From the NCBI GenBank assembly GCA_048884965.1, contig JBHLQH010000025.1, positions 1 to 47,500 on the forward strand: a stretch of 47,500 bases of DNA, written 5' to 3'. The stretch comes from Candidatus Thorarchaeota archaeon (GTDB taxonomy: Archaea; Asgardarchaeota; Thorarchaeia; Thorarchaeales; Thorarchaeaceae). The position numbers were made by a program, and so were the translations under genes. This document shows, piece by piece, positions 8,854 through 18,593 of this stretch (its first letter is position 1; each line of letters begins with the position of its first letter). The notes under the pieces are model-generated. The model saw only the letters and a list, made by a program, of their open reading frames with translations. It did not search any database and was not told the DNA's origin.

Positions 8854-9714
8854 CTACTCTTCCTGCATCGTATTAGCAAAGGTTCGAGGTGGTGTAGTTT
8901 CTTCTTTTGTCTGAACATTACTCTTTCTCAGAACGTAATAAAGACTTACAATGAGGAGATATCCGATATAGCTTACGATCTCAAGTGCTGACGGATTCCC
9001 ATTATATCCGAAGAGTGCCTTTAGCATACTACCAATCTCCCCTTTATCATCTAGAATCGGGTTGATATTCCAAACCTCTATTGGTCCAATTAGGAGAAGT
9101 CCTGCCTCTTGGAGCTCATGTATTCCATAGGCTATCATCCCTGCAGCGAAGAGGACCAAGAAGATCGAGGTCCATTTGAAGAATCCACTGAGGCTAACCC
9201 GCAGAGATCCTTGGTAGATCCCAATACCCAGAACAATTGCTATCGCCAGCCCTATCATTACTCCTACATAGGTCTGAAATGCATCCTGCACTGCTAGACT
9301 GATAGTGAACAGGACAAGCTCCACACCCTCCCTCAGGATCAAGGCAAAGGCGAGAACGAAGAGTCCTAGACCACCTCGAATCGCACTCTGAGTTTCAACC
9401 GACTCTTGGATCTCTGTAGAAATGCTCGCTCCTACCTTCCACATCCAGAGAATCATTGTTGTAAGCAAGATCGCAGCAAGTAGTACGACACTTCCTTCAA
9501 AGATAGTAAGTGCCACGCCTTCGAAGAGCTCCCAGACTAAGCCAAGTACTGCACCTACCAGTACACTTGTGAGAATCGCCACTAATGCTCCTCCAAGAAC
9601 ATACTTTCGAAGGTCCATTCTCTGGGTCTTCTTCAAATACGAGAGCATAATCGCTAGTATCAGCGCAGCCTCTATCCCTTCTCTCAGTGCAATTGTCGCA
9701 GGTCCGATGAACAT
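8854..9714 (-). CDS. FTR1/EfeU family iron permease
   Basis: two RExxE motifs (LREGIEA, LREGVEL), GIHELQEAG, LFGY. Confidence 0.93.
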   Translation of the reverse strand: MFIGPATIALREGIEAALILAIMLSYLKKTQRMDLRKYVLGGALVAILTSVLVGAVLGLVWELFEGVALTIFEGSVVLLAAILLTTMILWMWKVGASISTEIQESVETQSAIRGGLGLFVLAFALILREGVELVLFTISLAVQDAFQTYVGVMIGLAIAIVLGIGIYQGSLRVSLSGFFKWTSIFLVLFAAGMIAYGIHELQEAGLLLIGPIEVWNINPILDDKGEIGSMLKALFGYNGNPSALEIVSYIGYLLIVSLYYVLRKSNVQTKEETTPPRTFANTMQEE

Positions 9715-9817
9715 ACAAATCACATCTTAACTATATTGAATGATATGCGATTTGTAATATAAGCTGTTGTTTGTAGCTGCATTCCAACGACCAATGCTGC
9801 TGAAGTCCTACCTGACC

Positions 9818-10069
9818 CTAGGAATAATGATTATTATCTTCGTAGCCAGTTCGGATATTAACAGGCATCACCTTTGGAGCCTCTCCAGATGCCCGGGTTT
9901 GATTGATAGGTCCAGAAACCATTCCACTTGTACTGGGATCCGTTTCCCATGCTGCACGGGCAGAAGATCGCAAGGTCCTTGTGTATGCATAGAAAAGCAA
10001 TCCTATGAACACTCCAAGAATCATCAGATAGATTACAATCACACAGCATTCCCAGCATGACATGCCCAT
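9818..10069 (-). CDS. small single-pass membrane protein
   Basis: Cys-rich N-terminus, hydrophobic helix, polar tail. Confidence 0.55.
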   Translation of the reverse strand: MGMSCWECCVIVIYLMILGVFIGLLFYAYTRTLRSSARAAWETDPSTSGMVSGPINQTRASGEAPKVMPVNIRTGYEDNNHYS

Positions 10070-10135
10070 CCATAGATATATTCCTTGTCGTCTATAGAGA
10101 ATCGTTCGGAATGTGCTTCCCCAGAGAGTTGACTC

Positions 10136-11473
10136 CTAGGATTCAGGATGCCATTCAGTGGTAGAGTGTCGAAGTCCTGATGATAAGATTCCTGCAATGA
10201 TCAAGAGCATCCCTCCTATGAGAACCAAATCCATGAGTCGCAGCCCTTGAGCTAGCAACCAGCCCCCTCCAGTGGAACCTACTGCAAATCCCAGAATTCC
10301 TATGGTTTGAAGTATTGAAACAACCTCATCAGACCCTGATGTGTGGGAATGCTCATGGTCATGACTGGTAACTGAGAATGGATTCCCAGGTGCATGCCCC
10401 AAGAAATAGTGCTTGTGAGAATGGACTGTTTCTCTTGAAGGCGTGTTCTCCATGGCGGCATCATTTCTCGCGGGTTCGAGAAATCCCTCTGAAAGTCCCG
10501 CTAATGCCAGTAGTGATGTTAGAACAAGGAACGATGCTGCATAGGGATAGAAAATGACGATTGTACCTTTTGCAACAAGGCTCAAGGCAAGAGGTGCTAT
10601 GCTGCCGGATCTATCCACAAGTCTACCTGTATAGAGCTGTGACGCTCCCCATACAGCATCTCCAACGAGATATCCCAGTCCAATCAGGTCTAATGATATG
10701 CCATTCTCATTGATCATGATGGAGAGACCCGGTGTGTATATCCCATGAGAGAAGTCATAGAGGAGATAGATGCCAATGAGGATGATGAGATTTCTCGATA
10801 GTAGCGATCCAAGTAGGAATCGGGAGTGAGAATGACCATGATTCTTGTCTGTAGTAGTGACGCAGTAATCATCAATCTCCTTCAAAAATGGTAACAATGC
10901 TACCAGAAGAATGATGAAGCTGATAGATAGTATAGATCCAATCAGCATGATTGCCTGTGTCTGTGAAAGACCGTAGACCAGCTCTAACTGTCCTACTGCT
11001 ATTCCTGCAATGCCTTGACCTAGCGCAGAGCCCAAAAAAACTCCTGCAAGCAGTGTGCCAACAGACTCCCCGCGACACTCCTCGAAGCCTGATGACAGTC
11101 TGATGATAATGATTGCTAATAGTCCGGTTCCTGCTCCTTCACCAATGCGTGAGAGGAGTAAGAGGTCAGAAGATGTCGAGAGGGCAGTTGTTATGGTAAA
11201 ACATGTGATGAGCAATCCGCTAATCCCCAGGGCCGCCCTCTGATTAGAAAATAGTCGACTCAGGATGATAAGGCCCAAGACTTGACCAATTGATGATAAG
11301 GAACTGCCCCATGATATCAGTGACTCAGTTCCACCTAGATTGAGAATCTGAAATGGGAAGAGGAATCTCAGTATGCCCGCAGTAAGTCCCATGGTGAAGA
11401 CGATTAGGAACACATATCGTATAATCGGCTCCCTGAAGATGAGCCAGCTACTATCTTGATTCACCGTATCCAT
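10136..11473 (-). CDS. MFS transporter with His-rich loops
   Basis: ~12 hydrophobic segments, SRIGEGAG, GRLVDRSG motif A; HGHSH and HSHKH...HDHEHSH inserts. Confidence 0.85.
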   Translation of the reverse strand: MDTVNQDSSWLIFREPIIRYVFLIVFTMGLTAGILRFLFPFQILNLGGTESLISWGSSLSSIGQVLGLIILSRLFSNQRAALGISGLLITCFTITTALSTSSDLLLLSRIGEGAGTGLLAIIIIRLSSGFEECRGESVGTLLAGVFLGSALGQGIAGIAVGQLELVYGLSQTQAIMLIGSILSISFIILLVALLPFLKEIDDYCVTTTDKNHGHSHSRFLLGSLLSRNLIILIGIYLLYDFSHGIYTPGLSIMINENGISLDLIGLGYLVGDAVWGASQLYTGRLVDRSGSIAPLALSLVAKGTIVIFYPYAASFLVLTSLLALAGLSEGFLEPARNDAAMENTPSRETVHSHKHYFLGHAPGNPFSVTSHDHEHSHTSGSDEVVSILQTIGILGFAVGSTGGGWLLAQGLRLMDLVLIGGMLLIIAGILSSGLRHSTTEWHPES

Positions 11474-11566
11474 TGCATCAACATCCGGTATCTGTGTTCA
11501 ACCTGATATCATCGCACATTTAATGATAGGGATAATGCCTCTCATTCCTATCTAGTACTTTCTTCT

Positions 11567-12130
11567 TCACTCAATGAACCGCTTCATGAATACAGCCACC
11601 TCGAAATCTGTGAGATCCCTATTAGTATAGTAGGACAGGTCTATCCCTCCAACCTCGAAACCTACCTTACGATAGAAGCGAATCGCAGGGACATTCGTGT
11701 TCTGTGTTTCGCACACCATCACACGGCATCCGGCCTTCCTTCCTACCGAGGTCATATGCTCCATCAACTGCGATCCGATACCTTTCCCTCTGTATTCTTG
11801 GTCTATATGGAACTCCCAGATCCATAGCGTCTTGTTCCATAGATGCGCTTCAGCGATGGCTATTCCTACCAATCTCTCGTCATCGTACGCTCCTGCCGAA
11901 AGCCCTTGCTGGATTATCTGCTCGTATCGTGCATCGTTCTCAGAATCAGGAGGCCATCGTTTCTCATATGGTACTTCAAGAGGCTGTAGATGCAAAGAGA
12001 TGATTGTTTCATCATCTGTTTCGCTCTTCTTGACTTGGTACCTCTCTGAGGACGAGTATCCCCCAGAAAGCTCGTGGAATCGCGCTCGAATCAATTCTGT
12101 AAGAGGATGTATCTGAATCATCACTTCCAC
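11567..12130 (-). CDS. GNAT acetyltransferase, streptothricin acetyltransferase-like
   Basis: WNK...I, YRGKGIG, ETQNTNVPAIRFYRKVGFEVGGIDLSYY. Confidence 0.85.
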   Translation of the reverse strand: MEVMIQIHPLTELIRARFHELSGGYSSSERYQVKKSETDDETIISLHLQPLEVPYEKRWPPDSENDARYEQIIQQGLSAGAYDDERLVGIAIAEAHLWNKTLWIWEFHIDQEYRGKGIGSQLMEHMTSVGRKAGCRVMVCETQNTNVPAIRFYRKVGFEVGGIDLSYYTNRDLTDFEVAVFMKRFIE

Positions 12131-12221
12131 ACAAAGATAGGAGGCATATGAATGCTAAAACGTTTTGCACTTTACAGAATCCTGACGACGAGGGTTTAAT
12201 ACCTTTCATGAAAACTTCGCT

Positions 12222-13064
12222 ATGATAATCGTGATGGAGACGCATTTCAGTAGCAAGAAGCTGCCAGTTAGCTTGGTAGTGGCATTGCTATTCGTCACTG
12301 GTTTGATATGTAACACCCAAACACCTGCTGTCGCCTCTACAGGAGATTATGACAAAGATAGTTCGACTTTCTTTGGAGCAGGCATTGATGTCGAAGGACT
12401 TCCAAGTGCAGAGATTCAGCTGATAATAGAAGGTCCCCCTTCTGGCAGCTCGATAACAGGCACATTGGACTTTGGGTTTGGAGAATGGATAGGAGAGGAT
12501 GTCGTTGGGATTGGCTACTCAGAGGTATCTATCATTACTCATCATAGCGACTTGTACATGGACATCTCCGGGATAGGCTGTGATATGATGAGAGAGTATG
12601 TCTTCGCCTACACGCATGAAGGAGAATTGTTTGACAATCTGAAGAGTGGGATTCCTTCAGGTGAGTACCCTCGCAATTCATGGCCTTGGGATTCCGAGAA
12701 TCATGCTACGACATACACAGAACGATTCAATGAAACAATACTTTCAGAGCTAGTCTTTGTGGGATTCGTTATTGAATATGAGAATCTAACTGCACGCTAT
12801 GATGATGGAAGTTTCGTTGTATGTGGTCCAAGATATCTGACATTGGGTGTTAATTTCACCATGTCCGATGGTAATTGGAACGTGGAGCGAATATTCACTT
12901 CTTCAACTTCTGATGGAGTAGAGATCAGTTCATCATCGATCACAGTGATACTGAGTGACTATCCTGCAGCTCGTCCTCAAGCCAATTTATTGCTGATACT
13001 AGCACCTTTATCCATTGGCCTTTTAGTCGTTGGAGCAATCTGGTGGAAACGAAAGCAAATCTGA
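12222..13064 (+). CDS. cell-surface protein (signal peptide, C-terminal TM plus basic tail)
   Basis: N-terminal KK plus hydrophobic stretch; C-terminal LLLILAPLSIGLLVVGAIWWKRK. Confidence 0.75.
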   Translation: MIIVMETHFSSKKLPVSLVVALLFVTGLICNTQTPAVASTGDYDKDSSTFFGAGIDVEGLPSAEIQLIIEGPPSGSSITGTLDFGFGEWIGEDVVGIGYSEVSIITHHSDLYMDISGIGCDMMREYVFAYTHEGELFDNLKSGIPSGEYPRNSWPWDSENHATTYTERFNETILSELVFVGFVIEYENLTARYDDGSFVVCGPRYLTLGVNFTMSDGNWNVERIFTSSTSDGVEISSSSITVILSDYPAARPQANLLLILAPLSIGLLVVGAIWWKRKQI

Positions 13065-13078
13065 TCATTCCACTTCTA

Positions 13079-13113
13079 TGCCTCGGTACAATCCGAGGCA
13101 CCTTGTTTTTCTT
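13079..13113 (+). terminator. hairpin plus T-tract between convergent genes
   Basis: TGCCTCGG-tacaat-CCGAGGCA followed by TTGTTTTTCTT. Confidence 0.6.
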
Positions 13114-13127
13114 GCATGCATTCAAGA

Positions 13128-13661
13128 TCATCTGCTGAAATCAATCTCTTTTGCATACTTCAGCTCTACAAACCAATCTCCTAGAATCGAGCTATGATGT
13201 GCAATTATCTGTGAAGCAGAGAGGATATCAGAGTCCCAAGTACTATGTCCATCCCTAACAAGCACTATGCTATATCCGAGGATAGAGCCACGTCTGCAAG
13301 TCGTATCGATACAGAACTCCGTCTGCAGTCCCATAACTACCAAGTTCTTTATACTCCGTATATTCAATACCTCTTCTAATCCAGTTTGGTGGAAGGCATC
13401 AGGAGTCGTTTTCTCAATCAGGATGTCCCCCTCATTTGGTGTTATATCAGAGTGGATCTCCCAGCCTGGCGTACCTGATTCATCCCACGCACCCTTTCCA
13501 CCATCATTGAGAACATAGACTATAGGGATGTCGGCTGCTCGGGCCTTCTGAATGAGTTCCTTTGCTACACCAAGAAGGGAATCTCCTCCGACAATGGGGT
13601 GCTGATTATCAAAATTGCATTGCTGCATATCCATGATGACAAGCGCAATCTTTGAGCTCAT
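13128..13661 (-). CDS. isochorismatase-family cysteine hydrolase
   Basis: ALVIMDMQ, K..PDAF..T.L, GLQTEFCIDTT. Confidence 0.92.
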   Translation of the reverse strand: MSSKIALVIMDMQQCNFDNQHPIVGGDSLLGVAKELIQKARAADIPIVYVLNDGGKGAWDESGTPGWEIHSDITPNEGDILIEKTTPDAFHQTGLEEVLNIRSIKNLVVMGLQTEFCIDTTCRRGSILGYSIVLVRDGHSTWDSDILSASQIIAHHSSILGDWFVELKYAKEIDFSR

Positions 13662-13745
13662 AATCTACACACAGATAGCAATATGTTAAATCAGTTGCTT
13701 TCTTTGTTCAAGGAAATGGACCTGCCTATTCAAGGAGGCTCTGTC

Positions 13746-14180
13746 ATGGATATTCGTGTGTTCGAACCTAGTGACATCAAAGATGCTGTCAAGCTCGCAA
13801 ATCTGTATGCATCATTCGATTCAGAGGTCAGCGAGGTAGATTTTCAACCTGCTTGGTCATTCCCTGAGGGATTCCTTATTGCCGATATCTGTGGACAGGT
13901 TGTGGGTTTCATTTTTGCATATCTGCGAGATGTTCCAAGCGAGGTATTGCATAGGTGGCATGCATCGAAGGTGGCTCAAATCGAGCTTCTCGTGGTCCAT
14001 CCCTCCTTTCGAGATCGGGATATTGGGGATAGGCTGTTGAGAAGACTACTTGATACACTAAAGGATGAGAGTGTCGACATAGTGCTTCTTCATTGTCCCA
14101 CGCAGTCAATCGAAGCGAAGAATCTCTATGACAAATATGGTTTCGAGGTTCGTGCCTATGCAATGAAGAAACGCCTCTAG
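13746..14180 (+). CDS. GNAT acetyltransferase
   Basis: LVVHPSFRDRDIG, A.NLYDKYGF; SD AGGAGG before ATG 13746. Confidence 0.85.
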   Translation: MDIRVFEPSDIKDAVKLANLYASFDSEVSEVDFQPAWSFPEGFLIADICGQVVGFIFAYLRDVPSEVLHRWHASKVAQIELLVVHPSFRDRDIGDRLLRRLLDTLKDESVDIVLLHCPTQSIEAKNLYDKYGFEVRAYAMKKRL

Positions 14181-14259
14181 AATATAAATCCTAGTTGATA
14201 CGATTATGCACAATCGTTCAAATCTCAGTAATTATATGGCTTCTTATCTTGTAGCAGAC

Positions 14260-14796
14260 ATGTCCTATGAAGAAGAAATCAGAACTTGGAGAAAAAAACG
14301 AGAAGCAGATCTGGCTGAAGGTATAATGATTGGAGATATCCTATGGTCTCCAGTTCCTGAGTCTGAGCGTGCCAATCTGAATCTGAATTTCTTTCCAATA
14401 GATCCAGCTTTCAAGTTCCATGCAAAACTAACTCTTCTAGAAGAGAAGAGAGAAAGGGTATTGACAAAGACAGATGGAACGCCAGCCAATCCCTTTCTTG
14501 AAACCGGTTACGTAGAATTCATGTATAGAAATGAGAATATCCGTTTGTTTATGGTCTTCGACGAACAAACAGACAGCTATTATGTCGGCTTTCGGGACTC
14601 TACATGTGGCAAAGAAAGCTATCCCAATGGACGTTTGTTGCGTATTGAAAGGGTTGATCAAGAACTGATAACTTTGGATTTCAATAAGGCATTCAACTTC
14701 GCCTGTGCATATAATGAGAAGCTTCCCTGTCCAATCACTCCTCAGGAGAATTGGCTAGATTTTCCTATTAGGGCCGGAGAGAAAAAATATCATTGA
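14260..14796 (+). CDS. DUF1684 family protein
   Basis: L.FFPIDP, FRDSTCGKESYPNGR, LDFNKAFN..CAYN...CPI.P..N.L...IRAGEK. Confidence 0.9.
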   Translation: MSYEEEIRTWRKKREADLAEGIMIGDILWSPVPESERANLNLNFFPIDPAFKFHAKLTLLEEKRERVLTKTDGTPANPFLETGYVEFMYRNENIRLFMVFDEQTDSYYVGFRDSTCGKESYPNGRLLRIERVDQELITLDFNKAFNFACAYNEKLPCPITPQENWLDFPIRAGEKKYH

Positions 14797-14920
14797 TGTT
14801 TTCATGTACTAGTATTGCTATAGCCTAAGGATTCAGACCAGTCTTCCGAATCTCCTAAGCAAAATCACTACAAAAAGCCCTCAGAATATATTTTAGGTCG
14901 AACTATATCCCATCTAGATT

Positions 14921-15523
14921 GTGGGGGCGATCGACACGCAAATTGATGCTGTACTACCGGAGTTCATCTTCATTGTGCTACTGGCTGTTGTCATAATATG
15001 GGTTACTATCTTGGCTGGAGCATTGACTCGAATGCAGCGATATGGCAGACTATCGACTGCTTTGTTTATCCTTGCATTCCTTGCAGCTATGGGGTCCGCA
15101 ATCAGCTTGGGGATAGAGCTGTTCTTTTCCGTAATCCTAGCAAACGAATCCCCACGTTTGACAACACTGCTCACCACATTATTGATGTTCTTGCTTGGCA
15201 TACCTAGCGGCTATATCGTGAAACATTATGGGGAAGATAGAGTAAAGGAAGAAGAGATTGCTCGCCACTTCGATAGAGCTACGAATGATGCATTTACTAT
15301 CGGCACGACACTTCAAATCATCGTTCTAACCCTCTTGACAAGTGGAGTTCTATCTGCAGATACTATGGCTGATTTATTATCTCTCTTTAGCTTGGTAGTG
15401 GTATCCCCGCTTATCATTTATGACCTGTCCTTCTTCTACCATATAAGAAGACACAAAGTGCACCTCTCTCAGGATGCACTGCTGGACAACCAAAACCGCT
15501 CGGATACAGGCGAAGACTCATAA
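14921..15523 (+). CDS. hypothetical multi-pass membrane protein
   Basis: about 5 hydrophobic segments; stop overlaps the mvhD pseudogene stop. Confidence 0.65.
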   Translation: MGAIDTQIDAVLPEFIFIVLLAVVIIWVTILAGALTRMQRYGRLSTALFILAFLAAMGSAISLGIELFFSVILANESPRLTTLLTTLLMFLLGIPSGYIVKHYGEDRVKEEEIARHFDRATNDAFTIGTTLQIIVLTLLTSGVLSADTMADLLSLFSLVVVSPLIIYDLSFFYHIRRHKVHLSQDALLDNQNRSDTGEDS

Positions 15524-15883
15524 TCGAATCGGATTCGGCCCGATCTTTCTGATTTCCTCGGCGAACTTGTTGATCTCGGTAGCGAACTTATCGCCTTAAG
15601 CTGCTGATACGAAGACCATCTTCACTCGGTCCTTGTTCATGCCCATCTGATCGACAAACTCTCTGGCAAAACGAACCCTTCTTTCTGCCCCCAGGTTCCC
15701 AGTCTTGAAAGCACAGTCGCCAGGATGACAGCCCACAACCAGCACACCGTCTGCCCCTTCTTGCAGTGCCTTCAGGATGAAATTGATGCGGGCGGTACAT
15801 GGCATGCGAATGATCCTCGAACTGGCGTCGTACTGCAACTTCATGGTCCCTGCGAGGTCGGAGGCTGCGTACATGCACTGCAT
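15518..15883 (-). pseudogene. mvhD: mvhD 3' remnant (codon 14 to end) with in-frame TAA and a 6-nt deletion
   Basis: aligns to 17008-17379; reads VSAA*GDKFATEINKF...NPIRL*; CTARLDINF is CTARINF; first 13 codons absent. Confidence 0.9.
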
Positions 15884-15916
15884 GTGTGAATAAAACTAGA
15901 ATTATATTACAAAATA

Positions 15917-16921
15917 GTGATGAGATATAGAGAAAACTGCAAGGCAAAATCGGAGGGGTCGATCAAATTGATTAAGAAAGTCTTGTGCAATGTGCTACTT
16001 ATCACATTGATATCAAGTCTGGTACTAGGATATTCGAATGGGTATGCTAACAAGCAGATACTATGTCCAGCAAATCAATCCAAGGATTTGAGCATAGATA
16101 ACATTCATTCAGATGAGATTGGCCCCTTAATGAAGTACTATTTGAGGAGGTATGCCCCTGACCGTGCACAGACACTTTCCAGTATCAATCTGTCAATATA
16201 CGCAGAGGACCCTGCAGGTGTTGATACCGTGATTATGATGTACTCTCATAATGTAGGTGATTGGAACAATAGCTCCATGATTACCCAAGATGTTGGCGAT
16301 TGGGTGAATCTCACCATGAACTGCAATCTGGAAGGTTGGTATGAAACGATAATTCCGGTTTCGAATATCTCTCAGCCCTATATGTGGTGCTCATATCTTG
16401 TAAAATATGCTGCCAACGATACACTGGGGAACTGGAGGGTCAGCCCTTTGTGTATCTACGTGTTCACACATTCTACTATAACAGCGGATTGGTTCGATAT
16501 TGAGTTATATGACACTCCAGACCTGTGGTACGTTGTTGGAACCACAAATCACACGGTCACATGGGATACAGCTCCAGATATTCATGGTCAATCAGGTTGG
16601 CCCTACAGTCTATATGAGGATGGACATCTCACTGAACTCTGGAGCTGGGGAGGCAGCATTACTATTGACGTGGATGACCTTGGTATTGGTGATCATATCT
16701 TCGAGTTGTACCTTCAGGTGGTCCAATCAAAGAATTCGGATACGGTAATGGTACACGTCGTAGAAGCACTTGAAGAAATACCATATGGAGTTTCCACCGG
16801 TGCTGTTGGACCCTTGACAGAAACAGCTACAGCAGAGTTCGACTTATTGACCCCTGTCCTTATTGTTGGTTCAGCATGTATTGCTCTCCTGATTGTTTGG
16901 ATGAAACGGAGAACTCGTTGA
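15917..16921 (+). CDS. cell-surface protein, beta-rich/Ig-like, with C-terminal TM anchor
   Basis: signal-like N-terminus, D..GVDTV, Y...ANDTLGNW, IDVDDLGIG.H, several N-x-S/T sequons, TM plus MKRRTR; exact start uncertain. Confidence 0.8.
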   Translation: MMRYRENCKAKSEGSIKLIKKVLCNVLLITLISSLVLGYSNGYANKQILCPANQSKDLSIDNIHSDEIGPLMKYYLRRYAPDRAQTLSSINLSIYAEDPAGVDTVIMMYSHNVGDWNNSSMITQDVGDWVNLTMNCNLEGWYETIIPVSNISQPYMWCSYLVKYAANDTLGNWRVSPLCIYVFTHSTITADWFDIELYDTPDLWYVVGTTNHTVTWDTAPDIHGQSGWPYSLYEDGHLTELWSWGGSITIDVDDLGIGDHIFELYLQVVQSKNSDTVMVHVVEALEEIPYGVSTGAVGPLTETATAEFDLLTPVLIVGSACIALLIVWMKRRTR

Positions 16922-17007
16922 GATGCATTGGCTCTCAATTGAATTCAGAGCCTTGGCTGCAACCCTGTCGCAAATTTGAACGCGTATGGGATGTGAACAA
17001 GTAATTC

Positions 17008-17418
17008 CTATAGTCGAATCGGGTTCGGACCAATCTTCCGAATCTCCTCGGCGAACTTGTTGATCTCAGTGGCGAACTTGTCACCCTCTGCGGCTGATAC
17101 GAAGACCATCTTGACCCTGTCCTTGTTCATGCCCATCTGGTCCACTAATTCCCTAGCGAAGCGAACTCTGCGCTCTGCCCCCAGATTACCAGTCTTGAAC
17201 GCGCAGTCACCAGGATGACAGCCCACAACCAGCACACCGTCTGCCCCTTCTTGCAGTGCCTTCAGGATGAAATTGATGTCCAAGCGGGCGGTACATGGCA
17301 TGCGAATGATCCTCGAACTGACGTCGTACTGCAACTTCATGGTTCCCGCGAGGTCCGACGCTGCGTACATGCATTGCATACAGCCGAACACTATGATATT
17401 CATGTCCTTCGGAGGCAT
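17008..17418 (-). CDS. mvhD: MvhD/FlpD [2Fe-2S] hydrogenase/heterodisulfide-reductase delta subunit (all-Cys form)
   Basis: FGCMQCMYAASDLAG, IRMPCTAR, GADGVLVVGCHPGDC...GN, VSAAEG; SD GTGGTG. Confidence 0.93.
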   Translation of the reverse strand: MPPKDMNIIVFGCMQCMYAASDLAGTMKLQYDVSSRIIRMPCTARLDINFILKALQEGADGVLVVGCHPGDCAFKTGNLGAERRVRFARELVDQMGMNKDRVKMVFVSAAEGDKFATEINKFAEEIRKIGPNPIRL

Positions 17419-17637
17419 TTGGTCTGCACCACTTACATTCCCAAAATCCAACCGCCATATATTCTTTGACATTGGGAAAAGGTCGCTGAGGACTTTTTGT
17501 AGACCTCAGCGCATGCAGTGTCTGACCTATCTCAGGGAGTGTGTTTCTCCTTACCGGTTGGTGAGTGAAACATGCATACTCTCTTCTCAATACTCCCATC
17601 GTTAATTAGATATCCCCCCAATATTGGAAGAAATCCC

Positions 17638-18462
17638 ATGAAAGATACTACTTCTTCTGTTTTTCATCATTGTAAAACTGCTGTTATTACTGGAGCATCA
17701 AGTGGTATTGGATTAGAGTATGCTAGACAACTTGCAGCAAGGAAGATTGACGTGATCTTACTTGCCCGTCGAAAGGACAAATTGGAAGAAATCTGTTTGA
17801 ATTTGTCAAATACTCATGACATTTCTGCATCATTTATTCCTGTAAATCTATCCAACATAGATGAAGTTCAGAATGTCTGTCAAGAGATTCTCAAGAAATC
17901 TCCCATTGACATTCTAATAAACTGTGCAGGGTTTGCGACTCGAGGTGAATTTACATCCGTATCATTGGAAACTCATTTTCAGATGATATCTCTTCATGTG
18001 AATTCCGCTGTCGCATTATGCCATTCTATCTTACCAACGATGCAAACACAAAACCGCGGAATCATCATCAATGTCGCATCAATTGGTGCGTTTACCCCAA
18101 CTCAAGATAATTCAATATACAGTGCGACCAAGTCCTTTCTTGTTGCGTTCTCTCAGAATCTGAACGTAGAATTGGAAGGTACGAATATAATCGTCCAAGC
18201 TGTATGCCCTGGTTTTACAAAAACCGAGTTTCATCATGTCGGTCACTTTTCTGATTTTGATGCATCCGTTATTCCTGAGAGACTATGGATGTCTGCGACC
18301 GATGTAGTGTCAACTTCTCTAGCAAAGTTGAAGAAAAACAAAGTAATTTTGATTCCCGGATTTAAAAATCGGTTGTTTCTAAGACTTCACCGAACGTTCC
18401 TAGTTCAACTATACATCAAATCACGGAGAAAAAAAGCCTTGGAGAAAAGTCAGTTAAAATAG
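17638..18462 (+). CDS. short-chain dehydrogenase/reductase (DltE-like)
   Basis: TGASSGIG, NCAG, NVAS, YSATK, CPGFTKTEF; AT-rich. Confidence 0.92.
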   Translation: MKDTTSSVFHHCKTAVITGASSGIGLEYARQLAARKIDVILLARRKDKLEEICLNLSNTHDISASFIPVNLSNIDEVQNVCQEILKKSPIDILINCAGFATRGEFTSVSLETHFQMISLHVNSAVALCHSILPTMQTQNRGIIINVASIGAFTPTQDNSIYSATKSFLVAFSQNLNVELEGTNIIVQAVCPGFTKTEFHHVGHFSDFDASVIPERLWMSATDVVSTSLAKLKKNKVILIPGFKNRLFLRLHRTFLVQLYIKSRRKKALEKSQLK

Positions 18463-18593
18463 ATGCACAAACTTCTTGGATGTTCTTCATGTGCTCATTG
18501 GCATGTACCGATCTGTTTCAGGAGTCTAAAGACGGTGAGTGACCTCTCTCGGCAACGTTCAACTCCCGTGTTCCACCCGATTCGTGGCTGGCA

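Noticed and set aside
15596-15598. Recoded stop (Sec/Pyl) in the second mvhD copy
   Set aside because: The codon is TAA at a Glu position, and the copy also lacks its N-terminus and has a deletion, so it is a pseudogene.
15518-17418. Diversity-generating retroelement TR/VR pair
   Set aside because: Differences between the mvhD copies are synonymous third-position changes of all base types, not adenine-specific, and no reverse transcriptase is present.
18463-18593. Possible degraded DinB-like gene fragment on the minus strand (HANEHMKNIQE)
   Set aside because: Needs several frameshifts; too short to support.
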